Shown: positions 9,093-18,204 of the stretch, in pieces
Layout: every line of letters starts with the position of its first letter
Position numbering within the stretch: the first letter of the stretch is position 1
From: Patescibacteria group bacterium
GTDB taxonomy: Bacteria > Patescibacteriota > Gracilibacteria > UBA1369 > LOWO2-01-FULL-3
Length of the DNA stretch: 64,000 nt
Reading direction: 5' to 3'
NCBI GenBank assembly: GCA_038065735.1
Contig: JBBTQK010000005.1
Location: 363 to 64,362 of the forward strand
Translations under genes and position numbers: made by a program
Notes under the pieces: model-generated
The model's input: only the letters and a program-made list of their open reading frames with translations
What the model was told of the DNA's origin: nothing
Database searches by the model: none

Positions 9093-10847
9093 ATGGGAAA
9101 AGATCTCACAAAAAAAGATAAAGTTGAGAATAAGAAAGCGAGTATTTTTGCTTTATTGAAACCTTATAAGAGGGTAATAAATTTTTTGATTGTACTTGCA
9201 ATTGTAAGCAATTTGGCTGGTTTGATTTTGCCAAAACTTATTTCATATGGAATTGATGATTATGTGAAAGGAACTTTAGATTTGAGTACTGTGATCTGGG
9301 AGTTCGGGCTTATTTCTCTGTTTATTTTCATTCTTACTTATGCGCAAAGTGTGGTGCAGACTTATGCGTCTGAACGTGTGGCGCGAGATTTGCGTGCTGA
9401 TTTAACGGCTAAAATTTCAAGACAAAGTTATTTATTTGTGCAGAATTCCAATCCTTCTAAACTGCTTACTAATCTGACTTCAGATATAGATTCTGTAAAA
9501 ATGTTTGTGGCGCAGGCGATAGTGTCGTTGGTTTCTTCTGTAGTAATTATTATTGGTGCCAGTGTTTTGTTGTTAACCATTAATTGGAAGTTGGCGTTGG
9601 CGGTTTTGACTATTCTGCCGATTATTGGAGGAACTTTCTTTTTGGTTTTGAAGCAAGTGAGAGTTTTATTTAAAGAAAGTAGGGAAGTGATAGATTGGCT
9701 TAATAAGATCATAAATGAGAGTATTTTGGGTGCAGCTTTAGTTCGAGTTTTGAATTCTAAAAAGAAAGAAGCGGACAAATTTAGTGAAGCGAATACGAAT
9801 GCTAAGAATATTGGAATGAAGATTTTGAATATGTTTGCGTCGATGATTCCGGTGGTGACGTTTTTTGCGAATGTGGGAACTCTGATTGTGTTGTCACTTG
9901 GAGGACATTTTGTGATTTCTGGGAGTATGAGTTTGGGAGAATTTGCCGCGTTTATCAGTTATATTGCGGTGTTGATTTTCCCGATATTTGTGATTGGATT
10001 TATGAGTAACATCATTGCTCAATCTGGGGCTTCCTATCAACGTATTTATGATGTTTTGTCAGCAGCGGAATTACCAGAAGGTGGAAGTATTAAGACAGCT
10101 TTAAAAGGTGATATAGAATTAAAAAAAGTTAATGTGATTTATGGTGAAAAACCTGCGCTCAAGGATGTTTCTTTTAAGGTGAAGGCTGGGACAAAAGTGG
10201 CGATAATCGGGCCGACTGCGGCTGGTAAATCTCAATTACTGTATCTGTTAACTGGTTTGACCAAGCCGGATAGTGGGGTGGTGGAATTTGATGGGAAGAA
10301 TTTGGATCAATATGAGAGGTCGGCTTTGCATAAACAGACGGGTTTTGTTTTTCAGGATAGTATTTTGTTTAATATGACTTTGCGTGAAAATATTGCCTTT
10401 AGTCCTGATGCGACAGATGAATCTTTGCAAAAAGCGATTGATACTGCGGAGTTGCGGGACTTTATTAAAGAGTTGCCTGATGGCTTGCAGACTGTGGTTT
10501 CAGAGAGGGGGACTAGTCTTTCTGGAGGGCAAAAACAGCGTGTGATGCTGGCGAGAGCTTTGGCTTTAAATCCTAGAATTTTATTTTTAGATGATTTTAC
10601 GGCGCGTGTTGATAATAGAACTGAGCAAAAAATTCTTAAGAATCTAGAGAAAAATTATCCTGATTTAACTTTAATTTCCGTAACTCAAAAGATTTCTTCA
10701 ATAGAGGAATATGATCAAATAGTTGTTTTAATGGAGGGCGAACTTTTGGCTAAAGGAACTCATAAAGAGTTGATGGAAAGTTCTCCTGAATACGTACAGA
10801 TTTATAATTCACAAAGAAGTACAAACCAATATGAACTACACACTTGA
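9093..10847 (+). CDS. ABC exporter subunit (permease/ATPase) with non-canonical Walker B
   Basis: 584 aa with Walker A GPTAAGKSQ and signature LSGGQKQR. Walker B is ILFLDDFT, with Asp in place of the catalytic Glu. Overlaps the partner gene by 17 nt. Confidence 0.9.
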   Translation: MGKDLTKKDKVENKKASIFALLKPYKRVINFLIVLAIVSNLAGLILPKLISYGIDDYVKGTLDLSTVIWEFGLISLFIFILTYAQSVVQTYASERVARDLRADLTAKISRQSYLFVQNSNPSKLLTNLTSDIDSVKMFVAQAIVSLVSSVVIIIGASVLLLTINWKLALAVLTILPIIGGTFFLVLKQVRVLFKESREVIDWLNKIINESILGAALVRVLNSKKKEADKFSEANTNAKNIGMKILNMFASMIPVVTFFANVGTLIVLSLGGHFVISGSMSLGEFAAFISYIAVLIFPIFVIGFMSNIIAQSGASYQRIYDVLSAAELPEGGSIKTALKGDIELKKVNVIYGEKPALKDVSFKVKAGTKVAIIGPTAAGKSQLLYLLTGLTKPDSGVVEFDGKNLDQYERSALHKQTGFVFQDSILFNMTLRENIAFSPDATDESLQKAIDTAELRDFIKELPDGLQTVVSERGTSLSGGQKQRVMLARALALNPRILFLDDFTARVDNRTEQKILKNLEKNYPDLTLISVTQKISSIEEYDQIVVLMEGELLAKGTHKELMESSPEYVQIYNSQRSTNQYELHT

Positions 10848-12600
10848 TATAAAAAAAGAGCATGGTAGGAAGACTAGCTACGTTGATGCTGCCAAAAAAT
10901 TGTGGCCACTTTTGTGTGAAGAAAAAGGGAATTTGATAATGGCTTCTGTTGCAATTTTCTTGAACTCGGCTTTAAATCTGGTGGCACCGATGGTTGTGGC
11001 GCATGTAATTGATACTTATATTCCGACAAAAGATTATCATGGTGTCTTTGTTTTTTCTGGGATTTTGTTGACGATGTATGTGGCGGCTTTGTTTACGAGT
11101 TATTTTCAAACCAGATGGATGGGTGGAGTTGGACAGAGAGTTTTGTTTAATTTGCGCAGTGCGATTTTTAATAAATTACAGGAATTGCCGGTGGCATTCT
11201 TTAATCAGAATAAGGCTGGAGATCTGATTTCTCGTATAAATAATGATACGGACAAGTTGAATCAGTTTTTTTCACAATCTTTGATGCAGTTCATCGGAAG
11301 TATTTTTATTATGATTGGTGCCGGTGTGTTTTTGTTGTCTTTGAATCTTAAATTGGGTGCTGCGGCTTTGGCTCCGGCCCTGGCTCTGTTTATTTTTACA
11401 CGTTTGATTTCTGGCTGGGTAAAGCGCAAAAACACTATGAATCTAAGTAGTGTTGGTGGAATGAGCTCGGAAATTCAGGAGAGTTTGAATAATTTTAAAG
11501 TGATTGTGGCTTTTAATCGTAGAGATTATTTTCGTCAGCGTTTTGAAGAGGCAAATAATGAAAATTATAAGACTTCGGTGAAGGCTGGTTTGGCGAATAA
11601 TTTGTTTACGCCAGTTTTTGGTCTGTCTTCTAATCTCGCGCAATTGGTGATTTTGGCTTTTGGTATTTATTTGATTATGCAGGGAGAATTTACTCTTGGA
11701 CTTTTGATCAGTTTTATTTCTTATGCGAATAATTTTTATAATCCTTTGAGGCAGCTTGCAGCTTTGTGGGCGAATTTTCAGGTGGCTATGGCAGGTTGGG
11801 ATAGGATTGCAGCGATTCTGGATATGAAATCGGATTTGAAAACTGTGGACATAAAAGAAAAAGGATTAGCGAATGCAAAGGTGCCAATTTTGGAATTTAA
11901 GGGCGTGAAATTTGGTTATCCAAATGGTAAGGAGGTTTTGCATGATGTGAATTTTAAGCTTGAGAAAGGCAAAACTTACGCTTTGGTTGGGCCAACTGGT
12001 GGAGGTAAAACGACGACTGCTTCGTTGATGGCGAGACTTTATGATCCTACTGAGGGCGTGGTGATGCTTGATGGAAAAGATATTCGTTCTTATGAACCGA
12101 ATGCACGCACAGATAAAATTGGCTTTATTCTACAAGAGCCGTTTTTGTTTACTGGAAGTGTGCGTGAAAATATTCTTTATGGAAATGTTAAATATCAAAA
12201 TTACTCTAATGAAGAATTGGAACAGGTAATTAAGGAAGCTAATTTGGAGACTTTGTTGGGACGTTTTGAGAATGGTTTGGACACAAAGGTGATGAGTAGT
12301 GGTGATGCCGTGAGTTTGGGCCAGAGGCAGTTAATTGCCTTTATTAGAGCCGTTTTGCGTAATCCCGATTTGTTGATACTTGATGAAGCGACGGCCAATG
12401 TGGACACTGTAACTGAGCAACTTCTTGAAGATATTCTTAAAAAACTTTCCAAAGAAACTACACGCGTGATTATTGCGCATAGATTAAATACTATTGAGAA
12501 TGCTGATGAGATTTTCTTTGTGAATTCAGGAGAGGTAATTAGGGCCGGATCAATGGAGCATGCGGTGGAAATGCTACTTCATGGTAAGAGGAAGAGCTAA
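10831..12600 (+). CDS. ABC exporter subunit (permease/ATPase) with degenerate signature motif
   Basis: 589 aa with Walker A GPTGGGKTT and Walker B LLILDEATA. The signature position reads VSLGQRQ instead of LSGGQ. Confidence 0.9.
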   Translation: MNYTLDIKKEHGRKTSYVDAAKKLWPLLCEEKGNLIMASVAIFLNSALNLVAPMVVAHVIDTYIPTKDYHGVFVFSGILLTMYVAALFTSYFQTRWMGGVGQRVLFNLRSAIFNKLQELPVAFFNQNKAGDLISRINNDTDKLNQFFSQSLMQFIGSIFIMIGAGVFLLSLNLKLGAAALAPALALFIFTRLISGWVKRKNTMNLSSVGGMSSEIQESLNNFKVIVAFNRRDYFRQRFEEANNENYKTSVKAGLANNLFTPVFGLSSNLAQLVILAFGIYLIMQGEFTLGLLISFISYANNFYNPLRQLAALWANFQVAMAGWDRIAAILDMKSDLKTVDIKEKGLANAKVPILEFKGVKFGYPNGKEVLHDVNFKLEKGKTYALVGPTGGGKTTTASLMARLYDPTEGVVMLDGKDIRSYEPNARTDKIGFILQEPFLFTGSVRENILYGNVKYQNYSNEELEQVIKEANLETLLGRFENGLDTKVMSSGDAVSLGQRQLIAFIRAVLRNPDLLILDEATANVDTVTEQLLEDILKKLSKETTRVIIAHRLNTIENADEIFFVNSGEVIRAGSMEHAVEMLLHGKRKS

Positions 12601-12617
12601 AAATAGTCTTAGCTCAA

Positions 12618-14339
12618 TTATCGACGACCTCTTGGTGCGCCTCTAGATCCACCTCTGAACTCTGGTCTTCCTCCGCCAAAACCGCCTGGTCTTGGTGGAC
12701 GGCCAGCGCCATCTCTGCCATAGCGAGATCTAGATTGTGGGGGAGCCTGTTCGAATTTAATTCTGATTGGTTTACCTCTGTAACTTGCGTATTTAAAGCA
12801 GTTTAGGATAGCGTTTTCGTAGCTTGCATCAACTTCAAAATAACTGAAATTTTCAAGAATGCTGATGTGACCAATTTCTACGCCTTTGGCTTTTGGTTCT
12901 GTATTAATGAGTTTGAATAAATCTCTAACCTCCAATCCATCTTTTTTACCAAGGTCGATTTTGAATGAACTAAATTTCATTCCTGGATTTCTTTCTCGTG
13001 GATTTGAGCTTACTGCAGCGTTTAAATCGACTGCGTCTTTGTAAATTCCCAAGAAATGATTGAATTCCATTGAGACGAAATGTTTGATCAAAGTTTCTCT
13101 ATCCATTCCTTCTAATTTTTTGAAAACTGCAGGAAGGTAGTCGCAAATTTCGTCTTCGTTAACGGTTACTTTTTCTACTTTATCAATCAGATTTAAAAGT
13201 TGTTTTTCGCAAATGTCGCTACCTGAAGGGATTGGTTCTCTCTTAAAAGCTTTGCCAATTTTATTCTCCAAAATACGGATTTTGCCCATTTCTTTCATGT
13301 GAATGATAGAAAGAGAAGTTCCGCTTTTGCCCGCACGACCTGTTCGTCCACTGCGGTGTACATAAGTTTCCAAGCTATCTGGAAGCTGATAATTGATAAT
13401 ATGAGTTAGGTCATCAACGTCGATACCACGGGCAGCCACATCTGTTGCAACCATCAATTGTACCTGTTTCTTACGGAAACGTTCCATGATGCTGGTCCTT
13501 TGCTGTTGTGAAAGGTCTCCATGGATTGCTTCGGCAGAATATTTATCCTGGATTAATTTGTCAGCGATTTCTTGAGTTTCTGCTCTGGTACGACAGAAAA
13601 TAATTCCATAAATTGCTGGGTTTAAATCGGCAATACGTCTTAAGGCTTCGTAACGATCTTTTGCGTGAACCATATAGTATTTGTGCTCCACATTTACTGC
13701 GCCTTTTAGCGATTTATCAACTCTGATTTCTTCAGAATCTTTCATATATTTTTTAGCGATCATGCTGATTGCGCTTGGCATTGTTGCAGAAAAAAGCATG
13801 GTCTGTTTTTCTTTTGGAGTAGTCGCAAGAATCGCATCGAGGTCATCTTTGAAACCCATATCGAGGATTTCGTCGGCCTCATCTATGATTAACCAGCTAA
13901 TCTTGTCGATCATTAGTTTTTTACGTTCTATCAAATCAAGTACACGACCTGGAGTTCCCACTACTATTTGTACACCCTGTCTTAATTCTTGAATCTGCTC
14001 ATAGGCGTTTGCACCTCCGTAGATTGGAGTAACTCTTAACCCTGGAGAATGCTTAATAAAATTTTGAATTTCTTTAGTAATTTGCAGACAAAGTTCACGA
14101 GTTGGGCAAAGTACCATAGCTTGGACGTCACGTGAATTTGCATCGAGTTGTTGAATAACCGGAAGACTGTAAGCAGCTGTTTTACCAGTACCAGTCTGGG
14201 CTAAAGCTACTAAGTCTTTTTTAGATTCTAAAAGACGTGGAATAGCTTTTTCTTGAATAGGGGTAGGCGTAATAAATTCTAGCTCTGCTAAAGCTTTTAA
14301 AATATTCTCGTTTAAGCCAAGGTCTGAAAATGTGGACAT
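12618..14339 (-). CDS. DEAD-box RNA helicase (DeaD/CsdA-like) with C-terminal RNA-binding domain and RG-rich tail
   Basis: 573 aa with AQTGTGKTAAY, IIDEADEIL, SAT and HRSGRTGRAG. It has a DbpA-like C-terminal domain and ends ...GRPPRPGGFGGGRPEFRGGSRGAPRGRR. Confidence 0.9.
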   Translation of the reverse strand: MSTFSDLGLNENILKALAELEFITPTPIQEKAIPRLLESKKDLVALAQTGTGKTAAYSLPVIQQLDANSRDVQAMVLCPTRELCLQITKEIQNFIKHSPGLRVTPIYGGANAYEQIQELRQGVQIVVGTPGRVLDLIERKKLMIDKISWLIIDEADEILDMGFKDDLDAILATTPKEKQTMLFSATMPSAISMIAKKYMKDSEEIRVDKSLKGAVNVEHKYYMVHAKDRYEALRRIADLNPAIYGIIFCRTRAETQEIADKLIQDKYSAEAIHGDLSQQQRTSIMERFRKKQVQLMVATDVAARGIDVDDLTHIINYQLPDSLETYVHRSGRTGRAGKSGTSLSIIHMKEMGKIRILENKIGKAFKREPIPSGSDICEKQLLNLIDKVEKVTVNEDEICDYLPAVFKKLEGMDRETLIKHFVSMEFNHFLGIYKDAVDLNAAVSSNPRERNPGMKFSSFKIDLGKKDGLEVRDLFKLINTEPKAKGVEIGHISILENFSYFEVDASYENAILNCFKYASYRGKPIRIKFEQAPPQSRSRYGRDGAGRPPRPGGFGGGRPEFRGGSRGAPRGRR

Positions 14340-14457
14340 GAAAGGTTCTTTTATTTAAATGGACTTGATTCTACGTAGAAAATTGACGATTGTCAAATAT
14401 TCTGTTGCTTTGTCTGTCAAAAAGTTTTAAAATGCTTTCTTTATTCATTAATAAATT

Positions 14458-15111
14458 ATGGAAATTAGATCTGATCCGCAAATTATTGGTGAAATTGATT
14501 TAACTGATCAAGTACGTGCATGTTTTGAGCCTTTGACCAAGGAAGTTGCAGGTCATGGAGATTATATAGTCCGCAATTTAAGAAAACCCGACCATGCGCA
14601 GCCGCAAAAAGTGGCAAATGTTTTGGCAAATTTCGATGAATGTTTAATAAGGCCAATTGTTAATGTTATTGAGGGGATTGGTAAGAGAATTTTGGATGTT
14701 GATTATCGGTGCAATATGGAAAGAGCGAATGAGCTTGAGAGGTATAAAGATATAGATACAACTGAGGATTTAGACAGGTTGAGGTACGGAGTGGCGAGAA
14801 CAGACCTTCTTTATCATGTTGATCCTTTTGACCAAGTTTTGTTTACCTATGGTAGCGATATCGCTGATACGGATTGTGTGGCTGGTGTCGTGCCTTGTGA
14901 GGGAATTGATCTGGAATTTTTGAATTTATCTTTGCCTCAGATGCATCTGGCTACGAGAAGGGCGCTTGAGACTGGTGCTGCACGAAAGTTTGTAGCAAAA
15001 AATGGTCAGCTATTGTATCTGAGGAAGAATCTTGATATTCATCGTAAACAATTATCGCGGGCGAATGGTCCTAGGCATTTGCTAAGTTTTATACTTGAGG
15101 ATCTAAGATAG
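14458..15111 (+). CDS. hypothetical protein, divergent member of a local three-gene paralog family
   Basis: 217 aa. Shares the N-terminal S-[ND]-P-x-[VI]-[LI]-G motif and mid/C-terminal blocks with the ORFs at 15750 and 16584. Confidence 0.6.
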   Translation: MEIRSDPQIIGEIDLTDQVRACFEPLTKEVAGHGDYIVRNLRKPDHAQPQKVANVLANFDECLIRPIVNVIEGIGKRILDVDYRCNMERANELERYKDIDTTEDLDRLRYGVARTDLLYHVDPFDQVLFTYGSDIADTDCVAGVVPCEGIDLEFLNLSLPQMHLATRRALETGAARKFVAKNGQLLYLRKNLDIHRKQLSRANGPRHLLSFILEDLR

Positions 15112-15615
15112 TAGCTGATAGAAAGTGTAGAAGAAAATTCCTAAGATCATGTATGAAGTTGCGGCCATGCCTGGTGCGCGATAGAGGGGATTTTTGCGGT
15201 AGCCGATCCAAAAAGCGATGCGGGCAATGATGAAAGTGATAGTTAGAGCTGTGATAATTTTGAGCTGATGAATTTCTAAAACCGTACTGAGAGTTAGAGT
15301 GGCAATGACAAAAGCGAAAGTTTGTTCAAGTGTGTTGTTGGCGACTTTGCCGTCGATTTTGATTTGGTCAGTTTCGGCATTGGCTAGCGGATTTATGGCT
15401 TCACTAGTAAAACGGGAATTGCCGATGTGAGCAAGCATAATAAAGAATAAAAAAACTGGGAAAATGAGATTTTGTAGAGTGAAGCTGAGTCGATCGGCGA
15501 GGTTGTCTTGTAGATTTATTTCAGGTAGAAATTGATAGAGCAAGCAGATTAAGATTGCGTTTGTTGTTACGCCGCATGCTACGCCGGTTAAGACTGTTTT
15601 TTGTGATTTGTTCAT
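15103..15615 (-). CDS. MAPEG-family membrane protein (tentative)
   Basis: 170 aa with about 4 TM helices. NNTLEQTFAF and a C-terminal ...YRKNPLYRAPG... resemble MAPEG motifs. Confidence 0.55.
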   Translation of the reverse strand: MNKSQKTVLTGVACGVTTNAILICLLYQFLPEINLQDNLADRLSFTLQNLIFPVFLFFIMLAHIGNSRFTSEAINPLANAETDQIKIDGKVANNTLEQTFAFVIATLTLSTVLEIHQLKIITALTITFIIARIAFWIGYRKNPLYRAPGMAATSYMILGIFFYTFYQLLS

Positions 15616-15749
15616 AGGATTGGTTTGTTTTAAGAGATTTTATGATTCCCTAGGGAGGATTTTACAGAAGGTTTTAATCGACATTATCAAACGCACTTGC
15701 ATTTTTTTGGAATAATTGTATCCTGCATTCTTACATTTAACCATTTCAT

Positions 15750-16544
15750 ATGGCAATCAGATTAGAATCGAATCCAGAAGTACTAGGTCAATTACCTCAA
15801 GATCCAAGGTTGGCAGCGGCTCTAAAGTATTTAGGTAAGATGGATGAGAGATTTGGTGGAATGATGTTTGATGGAACACCGGGTTATTATGATTTTAGGG
15901 ATACAGGTAAAGTTGGTCGCTCAGACAGGCATATTGCCAAGCATACTGATAATATTGTAGCAATTGTGGACGAAGTATTGAAAGATAGGGGTCTAAGAGT
16001 TGATAACCTTGAATTTAGATCTGATCTACAGTATCCAGCATCTGAATTTGATCGTAGAACGGTGAATACTAAAGTTGGTGCTCGTGAATTTGGTATACAA
16101 GACGGATTTGATCCAGAAGATCTGATAGGAAATTTTTGGGAGACTAGTAGAGATCTTAGATATCCACAAAATTCACAGGCAATCTTAACTTTTGGTCCGA
16201 ATGCTGGGGTTGATTATGTTAGAGGTGGTGTGGATGTTCAGCCTAAAAGAGAGTTTGAAACTGCTCGTGAACGGGTTGAGCGTATGGGTATGGCTCTTAC
16301 TAATGAAAGACGTGTGCAGCTTTTGAAAGATCCGGAAAGGTTGCTTACTAAGCCTATTGATATTTTGCAGGGTGCAGTGCATAAAAGTACATTAGATGCT
16401 TTGCGTAATGGTAAGGCCATGAGAGCTAAATCTGGTCCAGGAGAATTATTACTAGTTGAATATAATAGGGATATTACTCGTGAGCCATTACCTTCTGCTG
16501 ATGGTTTAAGACAGGAATTTAAATTTAGATTGGAGAATGCTTAA
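15750..16544 (+). CDS. hypothetical protein, paralog family member
   Basis: 264 aa with LESNPEVLGQLP at the N-terminus, ILTFGPNAGVDYV, and GAVHKSTLDAL...REPLPSADGLRQEF. All are shared with the ORF at 16584. Confidence 0.7.
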   Translation: MAIRLESNPEVLGQLPQDPRLAAALKYLGKMDERFGGMMFDGTPGYYDFRDTGKVGRSDRHIAKHTDNIVAIVDEVLKDRGLRVDNLEFRSDLQYPASEFDRRTVNTKVGAREFGIQDGFDPEDLIGNFWETSRDLRYPQNSQAILTFGPNAGVDYVRGGVDVQPKREFETARERVERMGMALTNERRVQLLKDPERLLTKPIDILQGAVHKSTLDALRNGKAMRAKSGPGELLLVEYNRDITREPLPSADGLRQEFKFRLENA

Positions 16545-16583
16545 AGTGTTAATTTTTATCTTGAATTACCGTAAATTATTGAT

Positions 16584-17399
16584 ATGGAATTAGATTCAAA
16601 TCCACAGGTTTTAGGAGATTTGCCTCGTGGTTTAGCTGCGGTGGATAATGCAGTAGAATATTTGGCTGATTTAGAACTTGATAAAGCTAATGCTGGTCTT
16701 GTTTTTGGTCTTGATGGACGAGAATTCGAAATTGAATCTCTTCCAGTGGGAGTAAAAGTAAAAAAAGGCGAGTTTGTTGAGATCGTCAAACCTTTAATCA
16801 AAGTTGTTAATAGCGTTGTGGCTAAGCAGGGTCTTGTAATAGGTGGGCTTCGCTATGCGGCGCATTGTAGAGAGCCAGTGGCTGAAGAGGATATTGCAGC
16901 TGTAAATGATCAGATTCCGCCACCAAGGATCAAGCTGAAAGGTGGATTTGCGACTGATAGGGCTGCTAAATCTAGAAAGTATGCCAATAAAAGTGGTCGT
17001 GTTAGATATGCTGATAAAGAGGTGGAGTTTGATGATGATGAATGTCCTGATGATGCTCGGGCTCATTATTATTGGGATACGAGGGTTGACCGGAGAGATC
17101 TTGCTGATTCACGGTATGGGGTTTTGGTTTTTGGTGATAATGCTGGAACTGAGTTTATAACTGGCAAAGTTGGTTTTCCAAATCATGATAAGGTGCCAGT
17201 GACTAGACTTGGTGGAGCTATTCATAGAGCGACTTTAGCGGCTTTGGCGGATGGAACTGTGACTAAAGGGGTAGTTGGAGCTGGTCAGATATTAGGTCTA
17301 ACTCAAAATGTTGATATTGTACGTGAACCGATAGCTAAGACTGAAGGGCTACGTCAGGCATTTATGTTGAGGCTTGTAAAAGCGGGGCGCAAATTCTAG
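16584..17399 (+). CDS. hypothetical protein, paralog family member
   Basis: 271 aa with LDSNPQVLGDLP, VLVFGDNAGTEFI and GAIHRATLAAL...REPIAKTEGLRQAF. Confidence 0.7.
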   Translation: MELDSNPQVLGDLPRGLAAVDNAVEYLADLELDKANAGLVFGLDGREFEIESLPVGVKVKKGEFVEIVKPLIKVVNSVVAKQGLVIGGLRYAAHCREPVAEEDIAAVNDQIPPPRIKLKGGFATDRAAKSRKYANKSGRVRYADKEVEFDDDECPDDARAHYYWDTRVDRRDLADSRYGVLVFGDNAGTEFITGKVGFPNHDKVPVTRLGGAIHRATLAALADGTVTKGVVGAGQILGLTQNVDIVREPIAKTEGLRQAFMLRLVKAGRKF

Positions 17400-17905
17400 T
17401 TAATAAACTTCACTAGAATTTTGAAGATCAAAATGGTGCCAAAAAATCCTAAAAGCATTCCACCGATGACGTCCGTTGGGTAGTGGGCGCCGAGGTAGAT
17501 TCTTGATAAGGCCACGCAAATTGCGAAGGCTAAAGTTGCCCAGGTATACCATTTGTCTGGGTGAATTATTAGTAATATTGCGAAAAGTGAAAAGGCGACA
17601 ACTGTGTGTGAAGAAGGAAATGACTCGAGGTGGTAACGTCTACGGACTATTGCATCTACGATACTTTCTACTGGGCGTGGACGATCAATGATTAATTTTA
17701 GAATAGTGGAAATGCCATAGGTTATTACTGCTGATATAAGTGCTGGCAGAATAAGTTTGTTTTCTTTGTTCTGCAGAATGAGAAAAATGCTGAAGCCGCT
17801 CATCCAGATATAATTCAAATAGTGAATTCCTAAAAAAAATAACATCCAGCCTTTGCCCGGAAGTGTATTTATAAAGTTGAAAATGGCGACGTCGAATTCT
17901 CTCAT
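17396..17905 (-). CDS. PAP2-family phosphatase (undecaprenyl-diphosphatase-like)
   Basis: 169 aa membrane protein with KLIIDRPRP, SFPSSHT and SRIYLGAHYPTDV, the three PAP2 motifs. Confidence 0.8.
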   Translation of the reverse strand: MREFDVAIFNFINTLPGKGWMLFFLGIHYLNYIWMSGFSIFLILQNKENKLILPALISAVITYGISTILKLIIDRPRPVESIVDAIVRRRYHLESFPSSHTVVAFSLFAILLIIHPDKWYTWATLAFAICVALSRIYLGAHYPTDVIGGMLLGFFGTILIFKILVKFIN

Positions 17906-18005
17906 ATAATATTTTGATTATACCTTTTGCTAAAGTAAATTCTAACTAAAAAACACCAGCAATTTTTTACTGATGTTTTTTTTGACTGTAGAAACCGAGC
18001 GAAGA

Positions 18006-18098
18006 CTATTTTTTGTTCTTGTTCTTCTTCTTGCTGCTATTGCTTCCTTCTTGTGGTTTTTTCTTTACAGCTTTTTTGTGGTTTTGTTGTTCTGCCAT
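18006..18098 (-). CDS. possible 30-aa basic micro-protein
   Basis: ATG...TAG ORF giving MAEQQNHKKAVKKKPQEGSNSSKKKNKNKK in an otherwise empty 300-nt gap. Not in the supplied track because it is under 60 aa. Confidence 0.25.
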   Translation of the reverse strand: MAEQQNHKKAVKKKPQEGSNSSKKKNKNKK

Positions 18099-18204
18099 AG
18101 GATTTGAGGATATGAAGTATTGAAAAGATTATACACCAATATTTTTTAATGAAAAATATTTTTGGTATTTTGCCGGAGCAAGTTTTTTTTGTTATATTGA
18201 ATGT

